Shown: positions 7,317 to 16,776 of the stretch, one piece after another | Position numbering within the stretch: the first letter of the stretch is position 1 | Layout: each line of letters opens with the position of its first letter | Origin: Clostridia bacterium | GTDB lineage: Bacteria; Bacillota; Clostridia; TANB77; CAG-508 | Assembly (NCBI GenBank): GCA_017515985.1 | Contig: JAFWDV010000018.1 | Location: 39,091-103,090 of the forward strand | Direction: 5' to 3' | Length of the DNA stretch: 64,000 bases | The notes under the pieces: generated by a model | The model's input: only the letters and a program-made list of their open reading frames with translations | Databases searched by the model: none | What the model was told of the DNA's origin: nothing | Position numbers and translations under genes: made by a program

Positions 7317-9392
7317 ATGAGAAAAAAACAAAAGAATTTTAATAAAAGAACGGCTATAGTTATTATTGCATTGTTTGTTTTTATTTTTTCATTAACTAAA
7401 GTTTGCATTTCTTTGGCAAGTAGTGAAATATTTGCTATAACTGGAGTCGAAATTATTGATCAAACATCAGATGTTGAAGTAAATGAATTTGATTTTGACA
7501 ATAGCAAGGTTAAGAGTAAGGTGACTTTTCATAATGTAGGAGATAGCATTACATTCAGTGTTAAGATAAAAAATAGTAGTAATGAAAACTATATAATAAA
7601 GTCCGTAAGTGATGATAATGAAATTGAATATATTAGTTTATTGTATAATGACTACAGTGGTGCGCAGTTTAAATCAGGTCAGAAAATAGATTTTAATATC
7701 ACAGTTAAATACAGTAAAGAAAATACTGATATTGAAAAAAGAAAGCAGGAGTTTGCATATAATATTATATTTGTTCTTACAGATGAAGAAGGAAATGAAA
7801 AAAATGAAATTATCCCAGTAAATCCACCCGAAAGTAACAATGAGATTAGTCCAACAGACACGCATGAAAGTAGTGAAGATGGCAATATTAGTCAAGATCC
7901 ATTTAGCTCTAAGTCATTTGGACCACGTACAGGAGATAATGTTGCTCTATATATAATTGTAGCTAATGCATCATTAATAATGATAATAGTTACTATAAAA
8001 AAGAAAGATACAAAAACAAAAGTAAGAAGCAATAGGGGAAAAAGTGGTAGAGGAAAGACAGGACTATTTAGTATATTGTTAGTTGGTTTAATTTTATTAC
8101 CTACAATTTCAAAAGCAACAACTGCTGGAAGCTTTATGATTTCAATTGATAATGAAATATATTTAAAAGATAAATTAGTTGTTACTTATGATATCGATGG
8201 TGTGGAAGATAGTATTATTGTTGAATATGATGAAAACGTTGAAGGTCTTCCAACTCCTGAAAAAGAAGGTTATGATTTTGATGGATGGATAAAAGAGGAT
8301 GAAACTGTATTTGATATAAATGAAATAATAAAAGAAGATGTGAAAATAATTGCAAGATTTAAAGCCAAAGAATACTTAATAAATTATGACTTAAATGGTG
8401 GATCTGTTGATGGAGTGAATCCAACTAAATATACAGTAGAAAGCGAAAATATTACGCTAATTAATCCAACTAGAGAAAATCATCAATTTATAGGTTGGAC
8501 TGGAACTGGCTTGAATGAAGCAACAAATAGTGTTACAATTCCGTCAGGATCAACAGGAATAAGGTCATACGTTGCAAACTGGGAAAAAATTCAATACAAC
8601 ATTACTTTTAATCCAGATGGAGGTACTGTTGATGAGACCACAAGAGCTGTTGATAAAGGTGATTCATTAGGTGAACTCCCTAATCCTGAAAAGGAAGGTG
8701 ATTATGTATTTGCTGGATGGTATACTAACAAAAACTATACTACAAAAGTTACAGCAAGCACTAAACCTGAAGGAGATGCAACTTACTATGCAAGATGGGT
8801 TGATAGAATGAGTACAGTATATTCACAAGAAGGAACGGTTACATTTTTTGGAAACGTTGATAAGGGATACACTGTTGATGGTGTTGAAAATACAGAGAAA
8901 AATAGATATATAAACACAGGTGTTCAATTGTTCACCGACAGAAACTTTAGTAGAGACTTTGAAATAGGCTTCGAAATAGTCAATATAATTAACAATAATG
9001 CTGATAATCAGCAAACAATAGTAAATGGTAAGTATGAGAATGAATCATATAATTATCCTGGATTTGCTTTCAGAAGATACAGATCTGAATCAGCTTTTTA
9101 TGAATTCACATCTAGAGCTAAAAATGAGAAAAAAGATGGTAATAGTGGTTTAAAATGGGAATATGGTTCTATAAGTAAAGTGGTAATATCAAGAATTGGT
9201 GGTATTATATATCTTTCTATTGATGGTCAAGAAAAAATAGAAATTCAAGATTATAGAGTAATTCCTATTAGATATAGTACCCCGATAACATTTGGGGCTT
9301 CGCATACTGCAGATGGAGATCCAATGAGATACTTTAATGGTACAATCAAAGATATGTATATTAAGTTAGAAAATAAAGCTGAGGATTATTAA
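7317..9392 (+). CDS. Large secreted/surface protein: N-terminal signal/TM, internal sortase-like sorting signal, Listeria-Bacteroides (Flg_new) repeats, C-terminal LamG/ConA-like domain
   Basis: Hydrophobic N-terminus. Internal PRTGD followed by a hydrophobic stretch and KKK. Repeats GWxxxxNYTTKV...YYARW. The ATG at 7317 is preferred over the upstream GTG at 7290. Confidence 0.6.
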   Translation: MRKKQKNFNKRTAIVIIALFVFIFSLTKVCISLASSEIFAITGVEIIDQTSDVEVNEFDFDNSKVKSKVTFHNVGDSITFSVKIKNSSNENYIIKSVSDDNEIEYISLLYNDYSGAQFKSGQKIDFNITVKYSKENTDIEKRKQEFAYNIIFVLTDEEGNEKNEIIPVNPPESNNEISPTDTHESSEDGNISQDPFSSKSFGPRTGDNVALYIIVANASLIMIIVTIKKKDTKTKVRSNRGKSGRGKTGLFSILLVGLILLPTISKATTAGSFMISIDNEIYLKDKLVVTYDIDGVEDSIIVEYDENVEGLPTPEKEGYDFDGWIKEDETVFDINEIIKEDVKIIARFKAKEYLINYDLNGGSVDGVNPTKYTVESENITLINPTRENHQFIGWTGTGLNEATNSVTIPSGSTGIRSYVANWEKIQYNITFNPDGGTVDETTRAVDKGDSLGELPNPEKEGDYVFAGWYTNKNYTTKVTASTKPEGDATYYARWVDRMSTVYSQEGTVTFFGNVDKGYTVDGVENTEKNRYINTGVQLFTDRNFSRDFEIGFEIVNIINNNADNQQTIVNGKYENESYNYPGFAFRRYRSESAFYEFTSRAKNEKKDGNSGLKWEYGSISKVVISRIGGIIYLSIDGQEKIEIQDYRVIPIRYSTPITFGASHTADGDPMRYFNGTIKDMYIKLENKAEDY

Positions 9393-9393
9393 C

Positions 9394-9433
9394 AAAAAAA
9401 GACAAGTTCAATTAAATGAATTTGTCTTTTTTT
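9394..9433 (+). terminator. Intrinsic terminator after the surface-protein gene
   Basis: Stem GACAAGTTCA...TGAATTTGTC followed by T7. Confidence 0.5.
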
Positions 9434-9458
9434 GCTTGAATATCAATAGTAAAATTCA

Positions 9459-9487
9459 TTGACATTTCGGGAAAAATGAGGTATGAT
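9459..9487 (+). promoter_or_regulatory. Putative sigma-A promoter of minDE (TTGACA-17-TATGAT)
   Basis: Seen directly in the sequence upstream of minD. Confidence 0.45.
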
Positions 9488-9578
9488 GTCAGCAGCATTT
9501 TATACTCATGAAAGGAGTATGTAAATTATAGTGCGTCTACAAATGTCTTAGCTATAAAATAGCATAGGAGGAAATTAT

Positions 9579-10373
9579 ATGGGTGAAGTTATAGTTGTAA
9601 CATCAGGAAAAGGTGGAGTAGGTAAAACAACAACAACTGCTAATCTGGGGTCTGCTTTGGCTTTAGCAGGGAAAAAAGTAGCATTAGTAGATACAGATAT
9701 AGGATTAAGGAATTTAGATGTCGTAATGGGTCTTGAGAATAGAATCGTTTACGACATTGTTGATGTTGTAGAAGAAAGATGTAAATTAAGACAAGCATTA
9801 ATCAAAGATAAGAGATTTAATGAATTATTTTTACTACCAGCTGCTCAAACAAGAGACAAAAGTGCGATAAATGAAGAGCAAATGATTGATTTAACAAAGA
9901 AATTGAAAGCTGAATTTGATTATGTTTTGATAGATTGTCCTGCGGGGATTGAGCAAGGTTTTAAGAATGCAATTGCAGGTGCAGATAGAGCATTGGTTGT
10001 AACAACTGCAGAAATATCAGCAATTAGAGATGCTGATAGAATAATAGGACTTTTAGATTCATCATCTATAAAAAATCCAGAGCTTATAATCAACAGAATT
10101 AGACCAAATATGATTAAAAAAGGTGAAATGATGGATATAGAAGATATTGTTGAATTATTATCAATTAACCTTATAGGTGTAATTCCAGATGATGAATTTA
10201 TAATAACTCAAACAAATAAAGGTGAACCTGCAGTTTCAAATAAAAAGTCTCCATCGGGAAGAGGATACTTGGAAATTGCTCAAAGAATAATGGGGGAGAA
10301 CATCGAAATCACTATACCAGGAAGAAGTGATGGATTTATGTCGAAATTTGTTGGTTTTTTCAAAAGAAAATAG
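9579..10373 (+). CDS. minD: Septum site-determining ATPase MinD
   Basis: GKGGVGKTTTTANLG deviant Walker A. High similarity to MinD throughout. Confidence 0.9.
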   Translation: MGEVIVVTSGKGGVGKTTTTANLGSALALAGKKVALVDTDIGLRNLDVVMGLENRIVYDIVDVVEERCKLRQALIKDKRFNELFLLPAAQTRDKSAINEEQMIDLTKKLKAEFDYVLIDCPAGIEQGFKNAIAGADRALVVTTAEISAIRDADRIIGLLDSSSIKNPELIINRIRPNMIKKGEMMDIEDIVELLSINLIGVIPDDEFIITQTNKGEPAVSNKKSPSGRGYLEIAQRIMGENIEITIPGRSDGFMSKFVGFFKRK

Positions 10374-10396
10374 ATATACAAAAGTGAGGTAGAATA

Positions 10397-10858
10397 ATGT
10401 TAGAAAATTTGAAGAATTTCTTTAAAAAAATGGGGAAAAAGGAAGTTGAAGAGCTATTGCCGTCTTCAAGTGATTCTGCCAAAGAGCGTCTTCACACGGT
10501 ATTGATGCAAGATAGAGTTAATGTTTCAATCGATTTTTTAGATTTAATGAAACAAGATATTATAGATGTTACTAAGAAATATATAGATATAGATGAAAAT
10601 GAGATGGATGTTAGATTTACAAATCAGGTAAACGAAGATGGAACAAATGGTGCTCCAATTTTATATGCTAATATTCCAATTGTTTCAATAAAAAGTGGTA
10701 TTCAAGAGAATAAAAAAAGCAAAACAGCAGAAACTATTAAATCAGAAGAAAAAGTAGCAAAAAAATCGGTAACTACTGAAAAAATAAAAAGTACTGAATC
10801 AAAAAAGAAAACTACACAAGTAAAGAAAGCAACTAAAAAAGATACTTCAGAAAAATAA
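10397..10858 (+). CDS. minE: Cell-division topological specificity factor MinE with an extended Lys-rich C-terminal tail (153 aa)
   Basis: MinE-like N-terminal region. Position immediately after minD. Unusually long K/S/T-rich tail. Confidence 0.7.
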   Translation: MLENLKNFFKKMGKKEVEELLPSSSDSAKERLHTVLMQDRVNVSIDFLDLMKQDIIDVTKKYIDIDENEMDVRFTNQVNEDGTNGAPILYANIPIVSIKSGIQENKKSKTAETIKSEEKVAKKSVTTEKIKSTESKKKTTQVKKATKKDTSEK

Positions 10859-10887
10859 ATTTTAAGTATAAGTAAAATGGGGTTAAT

Positions 10888-11994
10888 ATGAAAAGTAAAA
10901 TTCTAAGAAATATAGATTGGCCTATTTTAATATGTGTACTTTTCCTAATTTTCATAGGTTGTGTTGAATTGTTTTCAGTAACAGGCAACAACGACTATAT
11001 GGAATTAAAAAAGCAGGTTATATGGTTTGTAATTAGCATTCCAATCGTAATTGGTATTATATGTGTGGATTACAATTTTATAGCCAAGTTTTCGAAAATA
11101 TTATATGGAATTACTATTATACTTCTTATAGGAGTAATGTTTACAAAGCCGATTAATGGTGCAACAAGTTGGTATAACATTGGAAGTGTATCATTCCAGC
11201 CTTCGGAGTTTGCAAAAATTTGTGTTATCATTAGTTTATCATGTGCTATAGTTAGTTCTCAGAGGGCGAATAAATCTGATATTAACAGACCATTGCAATT
11301 GTTAAAATGTTTATTGGTTTTAGTGGTTCCTGTTGGGTTAATTGTACTTCAACCCGACTATGGAACAGCAATTGCTTTTTTTATTGCTACAGCGATGATA
11401 CTTATTGTTGCAGGTCTTGATAAAAAATATATAATTACAGCAATTGTAGCTATTGCTATTGCATTACCATTGCTATACTTCTTTGTGTTACCAAGCCATG
11501 CGAAAACCAGAATAGATGTGTTTTTAAATCCTAACCTTGATCCTAGAGGCTCTGGTTACAATGTATTACAATCAAAACTTGCCATTGGGTCTGGAAAGTT
11601 TTTTGGTATGGGGATAAAAAATGGAAGTCAAACTCAGCTTGGATACTTATATCCTCAAACAACGGACTTTATATATTCTGCTATAGGTGAAGAAATGGGA
11701 TTTGTAGTTGCTGCTGCTGTTATTGTGCTGTATGTTATTTTAATTATTAGAGCTATTAAAATTGCTAAAACATCAAAAGACGATTTGGGGTCGTATATTG
11801 CAGCGGGTATAGCAGGTATATTTTTATTTCACATGCTAGAAAACATTGGTATGACGATGGGAGTTCTGCCAATAACAGGTGTTCCATTGCCTTTTGTAAG
11901 TTATGGTGGAAGTTCTCTTATGACGAATTGTATCTTGATAGGTTTATTACTAAATATAAGTGGAAGAAGAAATCAAATTTTATTTTCGAAGTAA
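10888..11994 (+). CDS. rodA: Rod-shape determining protein RodA (FtsW/RodA/SpoVE family)
   Basis: Polytopic membrane protein. Conserved position after minDE. Confidence 0.8.
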   Translation: MKSKILRNIDWPILICVLFLIFIGCVELFSVTGNNDYMELKKQVIWFVISIPIVIGIICVDYNFIAKFSKILYGITIILLIGVMFTKPINGATSWYNIGSVSFQPSEFAKICVIISLSCAIVSSQRANKSDINRPLQLLKCLLVLVVPVGLIVLQPDYGTAIAFFIATAMILIVAGLDKKYIITAIVAIAIALPLLYFFVLPSHAKTRIDVFLNPNLDPRGSGYNVLQSKLAIGSGKFFGMGIKNGSQTQLGYLYPQTTDFIYSAIGEEMGFVVAAAVIVLYVILIIRAIKIAKTSKDDLGSYIAAGIAGIFLFHMLENIGMTMGVLPITGVPLPFVSYGGSSLMTNCILIGLLLNISGRRNQILFSK

Positions 11995-12006
11995 ATAGGG
12001 AAAAAT

Positions 12007-12975
12007 ATGTATATTAAAGAATTAAAAATAGGAAATGTAAAATTAAATAATAATTTAATATTGGCGCCGATGGCTGGTATAACAGATAGGGCGTTCAGAA
12101 TAATATGTGAAAAATTTAATCCAGGACTTGTTTACACAGAAATGATTAGCGCAAAAGGATTATTTCACAATGATGAAAAAACAAAGCAGCTTCTAAATAT
12201 GCAAGATGAAAAGCATCCGATTGCTGTTCAGATTTTTGGTAGCGACGTAGAGTCTATGGAATATGCTGCAGAGTACGTTTCAAAGTATGCAGACATAATT
12301 GATATTAATATGGGATGTCCTGCACCAAAGGTTGTAAAAAATGGCGATGGAAGTAGATTGCTATTAGATTTAGATAAAGCTGAAAAAATAATTGAAGCCG
12401 TTGTAAAAAAAGCTACGGTTCCAGTAACGGTTAAGTTTAGAAAAGGTTGGGATAATGATAATATAGTTGCTGTTCAAATGGCAAAAATTGCAGAGCGAGC
12501 AGGGGCTGCTGCTATTACTATCCATGGTAGAACAAGATCCGAATTTTATGCTGGAAAGGCTGACTGGGAGATTATCAAAGAGGTTAAAGAAAGTGTAAAT
12601 ATTCATGTTATTGGTAATGGTGATGTACGAAATTCTGCGGATGCAAAGGAAATGTTTGAAACAACAGGCGTAGATGGAATTATGATTGGAAGAGGGGCTC
12701 TTGGAAATCCGTGGATATTTGAACAGATAAAATCAGAGCTAAACAACGAGACATTTTCAATAACTAGTAAAGAAAAGTTGAATCTAATTTTGGAACATCT
12801 AGATTTAGAAATTAAAGACAAAACTGAGCGCGTTGCGATTATGGAGATGAGAAAACATATCGGATGGTATATAAAAAATACAAAAGATGCCAGCAAGATA
12901 AGGGATAGAATTAACCAAATAACAGATAGACAAGAGCTTATAGATACATTGGTTGAATACTTTAAATTAATATGA
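12007..12975 (+). CDS. dusB: tRNA-dihydrouridine synthase
   Basis: LILAPMAGITDRAFR... TIM-barrel Dus motifs. Confidence 0.8.
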   Translation: MYIKELKIGNVKLNNNLILAPMAGITDRAFRIICEKFNPGLVYTEMISAKGLFHNDEKTKQLLNMQDEKHPIAVQIFGSDVESMEYAAEYVSKYADIIDINMGCPAPKVVKNGDGSRLLLDLDKAEKIIEAVVKKATVPVTVKFRKGWDNDNIVAVQMAKIAERAGAAAITIHGRTRSEFYAGKADWEIIKEVKESVNIHVIGNGDVRNSADAKEMFETTGVDGIMIGRGALGNPWIFEQIKSELNNETFSITSKEKLNLILEHLDLEIKDKTERVAIMEMRKHIGWYIKNTKDASKIRDRINQITDRQELIDTLVEYFKLI

Positions 12976-12984
12976 ATATAAATT

Positions 12985-13016
12985 AGAGAATAGATTTTTA
13001 TCTATTCTTTTTTTGT
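12985..13016 (+). terminator. Intrinsic terminator after dusB
   Basis: Stem AGAATAGAT...ATCTATTCT followed by T7. Confidence 0.5.
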
Positions 13017-13055
13017 GTAAATAGTTTTATGCAAAATGCAAGGTAAAGGGGAATT

Positions 13056-13670
13056 GTGATGAAGAAGAAAGGATTATTTATAATTTTCACGATTTTGATA
13101 ATAATTATCATTTTAATTTTTGTAAAAAATAATTATAAAAATTTTAAAATTGGTAATAATGAAAATAACAAAAGTGTTAAACAGATTGAAGAGTATATTT
13201 TAAATATAAAATCATACACGGCTAAACTGGATGTAAATATAAAAAGTAATAAAAATGAAAACAAGTATGTATTAAGGCAGGAGTATGTTGCTGATGAAAA
13301 TAAAAGGCAAATAGTGGAAAAACCGGAAAATATTGAAGGAACGGAGATACTGTATAAAAATGGCAATCTTGAGATTAATAATTCTAAATTAAATCTAAGT
13401 AAAATGTATAGTAGTTATCCATATTTATCGGATAATGTGTTGTGGCTTAGTTCTTTTTTAGATTACTATAAAAATGGAAGTATTAAAAAATCTATATATG
13501 AAGAGAATGAATATGTTGTTATGCAAATAGATGAAAGTTTAAATGAGTATTTTAAGATTTGGAAATTATATCTGGAGAAAGGAACGGGAAAACCAAGAAA
13601 AATGGTGGTACAAGATAATAACAAAAATGACATAATTTACATATTATATACGGAGATAAATTTCAAATAG
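13056..13670 (+). CDS. Hypothetical membrane-anchored protein (204 aa)
   Basis: N-terminal TM helix. Asn/Lys-rich. No family recognised. Confidence 0.45.
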   Translation: MMKKKGLFIIFTILIIIIILIFVKNNYKNFKIGNNENNKSVKQIEEYILNIKSYTAKLDVNIKSNKNENKYVLRQEYVADENKRQIVEKPENIEGTEILYKNGNLEINNSKLNLSKMYSSYPYLSDNVLWLSSFLDYYKNGSIKKSIYEENEYVVMQIDESLNEYFKIWKLYLEKGTGKPRKMVVQDNNKNDIIYILYTEINFK

Positions 13671-13733
13671 TAATTTATCGATTATGTTAAAATATACGGA
13701 CACTTTTATAATGAAACATTAGGAGTGAATAAT

Positions 13734-14078
13734 ATGGTAGTTAGAAGAGGCGATATGTTTTATGCAGATTTGAGTCCGGTAGTTGGTTCAGAGCAGGGCG
13801 GAATTAGGCCTGTGCTAATAATACAAAATGATATTGGAAATATGCATAGTCCAACAGTAATTGCAGCTGCTATTACTTCTCAAAGGGGAAAAACGAAATT
13901 ACCGACTCATATTGAAATAAACTCACAAGGGAATGGACTAAAATCAGACTCTGTAGTACTTGCAGAGCAGATTAGAACAATAGATAAAAGTAGATTAAAA
14001 GAGAAGATTGGTCATGTCGATGATGATGGTATTATGAGTAGAATTAATAATGCATTAGGCGTAAGTTTCGGACTGTAG
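13734..14078 (+). CDS. mazF: MazF/PemK-family endoribonuclease toxin (EndoA-like), with no adjacent antitoxin gene
   Basis: [33 protein letters not shown]...AAAITSQ is a typical MazF/NdoA sequence. Only 63 nt separate it from the upstream gene. Confidence 0.8.
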   Translation: MVVRRGDMFYADLSPVVGSEQGGIRPVLIIQNDIGNMHSPTVIAAAITSQRGKTKLPTHIEINSQGNGLKSDSVVLAEQIRTIDKSRLKEKIGHVDDDGIMSRINNALGVSFGL

Positions 14079-14079
14079 A

Positions 14080-14142
14080 AATTTTAGGGACGGAGGAAAA
14101 AATTTTCTATATTAGAAATTTTTTCCTCCGTCCCTAAAATTA
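14080..14142. repeat. Palindromic GGGACGG intergenic repeat, copy 1 (full palindrome, bidirectional-terminator-like)
   Basis: ATTTTAGGGACGGAGGAAAAAATT...AATTTTTTCCTCCGTCCCTAAAAT. Lies between the convergent mazF and htrA. Confidence 0.65.
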
Positions 14143-15390
14143 TTCTTGTCCTAATTTTATAGTTAGCTCTTGTTCATTTCTATCACGAACAACTTTTATT
14201 TTTACTTCGTCGCCGATGTTGTGTTTTTCTTTTAATTCGTTTAGCTCTGACATTGTCTTTATTTCTTTTTCATCAAAAGCTACAATAACATCACCAGCTT
14301 TTATTCCAGCTTTTTCTGCTGCTGAGAATTCTACTACAGAAATAACATAGATTCCTTCAACTAAATTATTTGCTTTTGCTGTTGCTTCATTTATGTCGCG
14401 CCCTGTAATTCCTATTTGAGGTCTAGCAACTTTTCCTTGAGAGATTAATTGTTTATACACATCGATAGTATCATTAATTGGTATTGCAAAACCAATACCT
14501 TCTATACCTGAACCTGAAAGTTTTAATGTATTTATTCCAATTATTTTTCCTTCAGCATTTATTAAGGCTCCACCACTATTTCCTGAATTTATTGCAGCAT
14601 CTGTTTGAATAACTTTGTATGTTACATTATCAGATGTTATTTTTCTATCTGTTGCACTGATTACGCCTGTGGTTACAGTACTTGGCATATTCAATGGATT
14701 ACCTATTGCCATTGCAAATTCGCCAACTTTTATCTTGCTTGAATCTCCAAGTTCAGCTGCTTTCAAACCGGTTTTTTCAATCTTTAATACTGCTAAATCG
14801 GTTTTCTCATCAGTTCCAATTATCTTAGCTTCATACTCAGTTTCATCTCCATAAAGAGTTACTGATATATTTGTTGCTTGACTTACTTGATAGTATGAAG
14901 AGCTTGTATTAGAAGCAACTACATGGTTATTTGTTAATATGTAACCATCATCAGAAATAATTACTCCTGAGCCTGTAGCTGTAGTTGTTCCACCAGTCAT
15001 ACCATAAAATGAATAGTATGGGGAATTAACTGAATAAGTTACTTTAATTCCAACTACAGATGGTAGAACCTTATTTGCAACTGCAATGCTTGTATCGGAA
15101 TATTGTGAGATTGAAACAGCTGTATTACTTGATGGTGTAATATCCTCAGCTTTTTTATTTTCAACTGTATTCTCTTCAATTTTTTCTTGAGATACATTAA
15201 AAAATCTTTCAACGATATTTTCACGTACTACTGGTATACATATGCAAGTTCCAATTATTAGCGCTGAGCCTAAAATTCCAGCTACAAATGGTATAAAGAA
15301 ACCTCTAGTAAATCCAATTCGTCCTTTTGGTATCGAATAGGAGCTATTTTCATTTTTTACTGTTTTAAAAGAGTTATTGTCATCAGACAT
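14140..15390 (-). CDS. htrA: Serine protease HtrA/DegP (trypsin-like plus PDZ)
   Basis: GNSGGALIN catalytic Ser motif. N-terminal TM. C-terminal PDZ region. Start placed at MSDDNN, 9 nt after GGAAGGG. Confidence 0.8.
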   Translation of the reverse strand: MSDDNNSFKTVKNENSSYSIPKGRIGFTRGFFIPFVAGILGSALIIGTCICIPVVRENIVERFFNVSQEKIEENTVENKKAEDITPSSNTAVSISQYSDTSIAVANKVLPSVVGIKVTYSVNSPYYSFYGMTGGTTTATGSGVIISDDGYILTNNHVVASNTSSSYYQVSQATNISVTLYGDETEYEAKIIGTDEKTDLAVLKIEKTGLKAAELGDSSKIKVGEFAMAIGNPLNMPSTVTTGVISATDRKITSDNVTYKVIQTDAAINSGNSGGALINAEGKIIGINTLKLSGSGIEGIGFAIPINDTIDVYKQLISQGKVARPQIGITGRDINEATAKANNLVEGIYVISVVEFSAAEKAGIKAGDVIVAFDEKEIKTMSELNELKEKHNIGDEVKIKVVRDRNEQELTIKLGQE

Positions 15391-15591
15391 AAAAATCATC
15401 CCTTCCTAAATATTATATATCCTTAATATCTATCATAAACAATGATAACTTATTACACCCATATAATACAAGAGTATTGTGAAAAGTTTGTGAAAAAATC
15501 TTTTATTTTTGAAATAATAAAATTTTTAATTGTATGCTGAAAAAAACTGTTGTATAATTTGGAAAAACAAAAGGAGTTATAAGCGAGCAAA

Positions 15592-16104
15592 ATGGAAGGC
15601 AGATTTTTTAAAGCAATAAGATTACTTGTTGTAACAACAATAATAATTATAGTTGGTGTTTTTTGTATCAAAAAAGTATCGAACAGTTTGGAACAAAAAA
15701 AGTATGAGGATTTAAAAGCAGATTTATTATTAATCCAAGCAAAAGTTAAAACTATAAAAGGTAAAGCGGATGTTAGCGGTAATAAAGATAATTACCTGGG
15801 CGCAAAGATTTCAGAAAATGAAAATAATGATTTAAAAGATTTTTTGAGATACATAAAAATTAAAGACGAGGATTTCGAGAGTTTTTATGTTCTAAGCAAA
15901 GTGGATTTTGATACTATGAACATATCGGATGAATTGAAGAATGCAGAAGATAATGAATTTATTGTTAATTATGATAGTTCAGAAGTAATATACAAAAAAG
16001 GCATTAAGGTTGATGGTAAAGTTAAATATAAAATATCAGAAATCAATGAAAAAAAATTGCCAAAATATTGGATAATTTATAATAGAGTAGAGGTACAAAA
16101 ATGA
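15592..16104 (+). CDS. Hypothetical membrane-anchored protein (170 aa)
   Basis: N-terminal TM helix. No family recognised. Confidence 0.45.
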   Translation: MEGRFFKAIRLLVVTTIIIIVGVFCIKKVSNSLEQKKYEDLKADLLLIQAKVKTIKGKADVSGNKDNYLGAKISENENNDLKDFLRYIKIKDEDFESFYVLSKVDFDTMNISDELKNAEDNEFIVNYDSSEVIYKKGIKVDGKVKYKISEINEKKLPKYWIIYNRVEVQK

Positions 16105-16739
16105 AAGAAAAAGAGCTTGAAAGATTAAATGAAATTAAAAAAATTGATATGTCAGTTTATGATGAAGGGTATCAGTTTGTATGTGGGATAGATGAAGCAG
16201 GTAGAGGACCACTAGCTGGACCTGTTGTAGTGGCTGCAGTAATCATGCCTAAAGATTCGATGATTGAGGGAGTAAATGATTCTAAAAAGGTTTCTGAAAA
16301 GAAAAGGGAAAAACTATACGATCAGATTCTTGAGGAAGCTGTGGCATATGGCGTTGGAATCGTTGATCAAAATGAAATTGATAGAATAAATATTTTAAAT
16401 GCAACTAAGGCTGGATTAACAGAAGCTGTTAGGTCACTAAAAACAAAACCAGACGTTATATTAGTTGATGCACTAACAAACATAGATACCTGTGGCGTGC
16501 AATATAGATCGATTGTAAAAGGTGATGCAAAAAGCTACAATATTGCAGCTGCATCAATAATTGCAAAGGTTACGAGGGATAGAATAATGAGAGAATGGGA
16601 TAAGATATATCCTCAATATGGATTTGAAAAACATAAGGGATATGGAACAGCAGCTCATATTGCAGCTATAAAGGAAAACGGATTATGCCCATTACATAGA
16701 CATAGTTTTGTAAAAAATATTGTTGGAGAGAAAGAGTAG
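16101..16739 (+). CDS. rnhB: Ribonuclease HII
   Basis: GIDEAGRGPLAGPVV motif. Confidence 0.85.
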   Translation: MKEKELERLNEIKKIDMSVYDEGYQFVCGIDEAGRGPLAGPVVVAAVIMPKDSMIEGVNDSKKVSEKKREKLYDQILEEAVAYGVGIVDQNEIDRINILNATKAGLTEAVRSLKTKPDVILVDALTNIDTCGVQYRSIVKGDAKSYNIAAASIIAKVTRDRIMREWDKIYPQYGFEKHKGYGTAAHIAAIKENGLCPLHRHSFVKNIVGEKE

Positions 16740-16776
16740 ATACAACAAAAGAAAATTAATTTTATGGGGTGTATGT

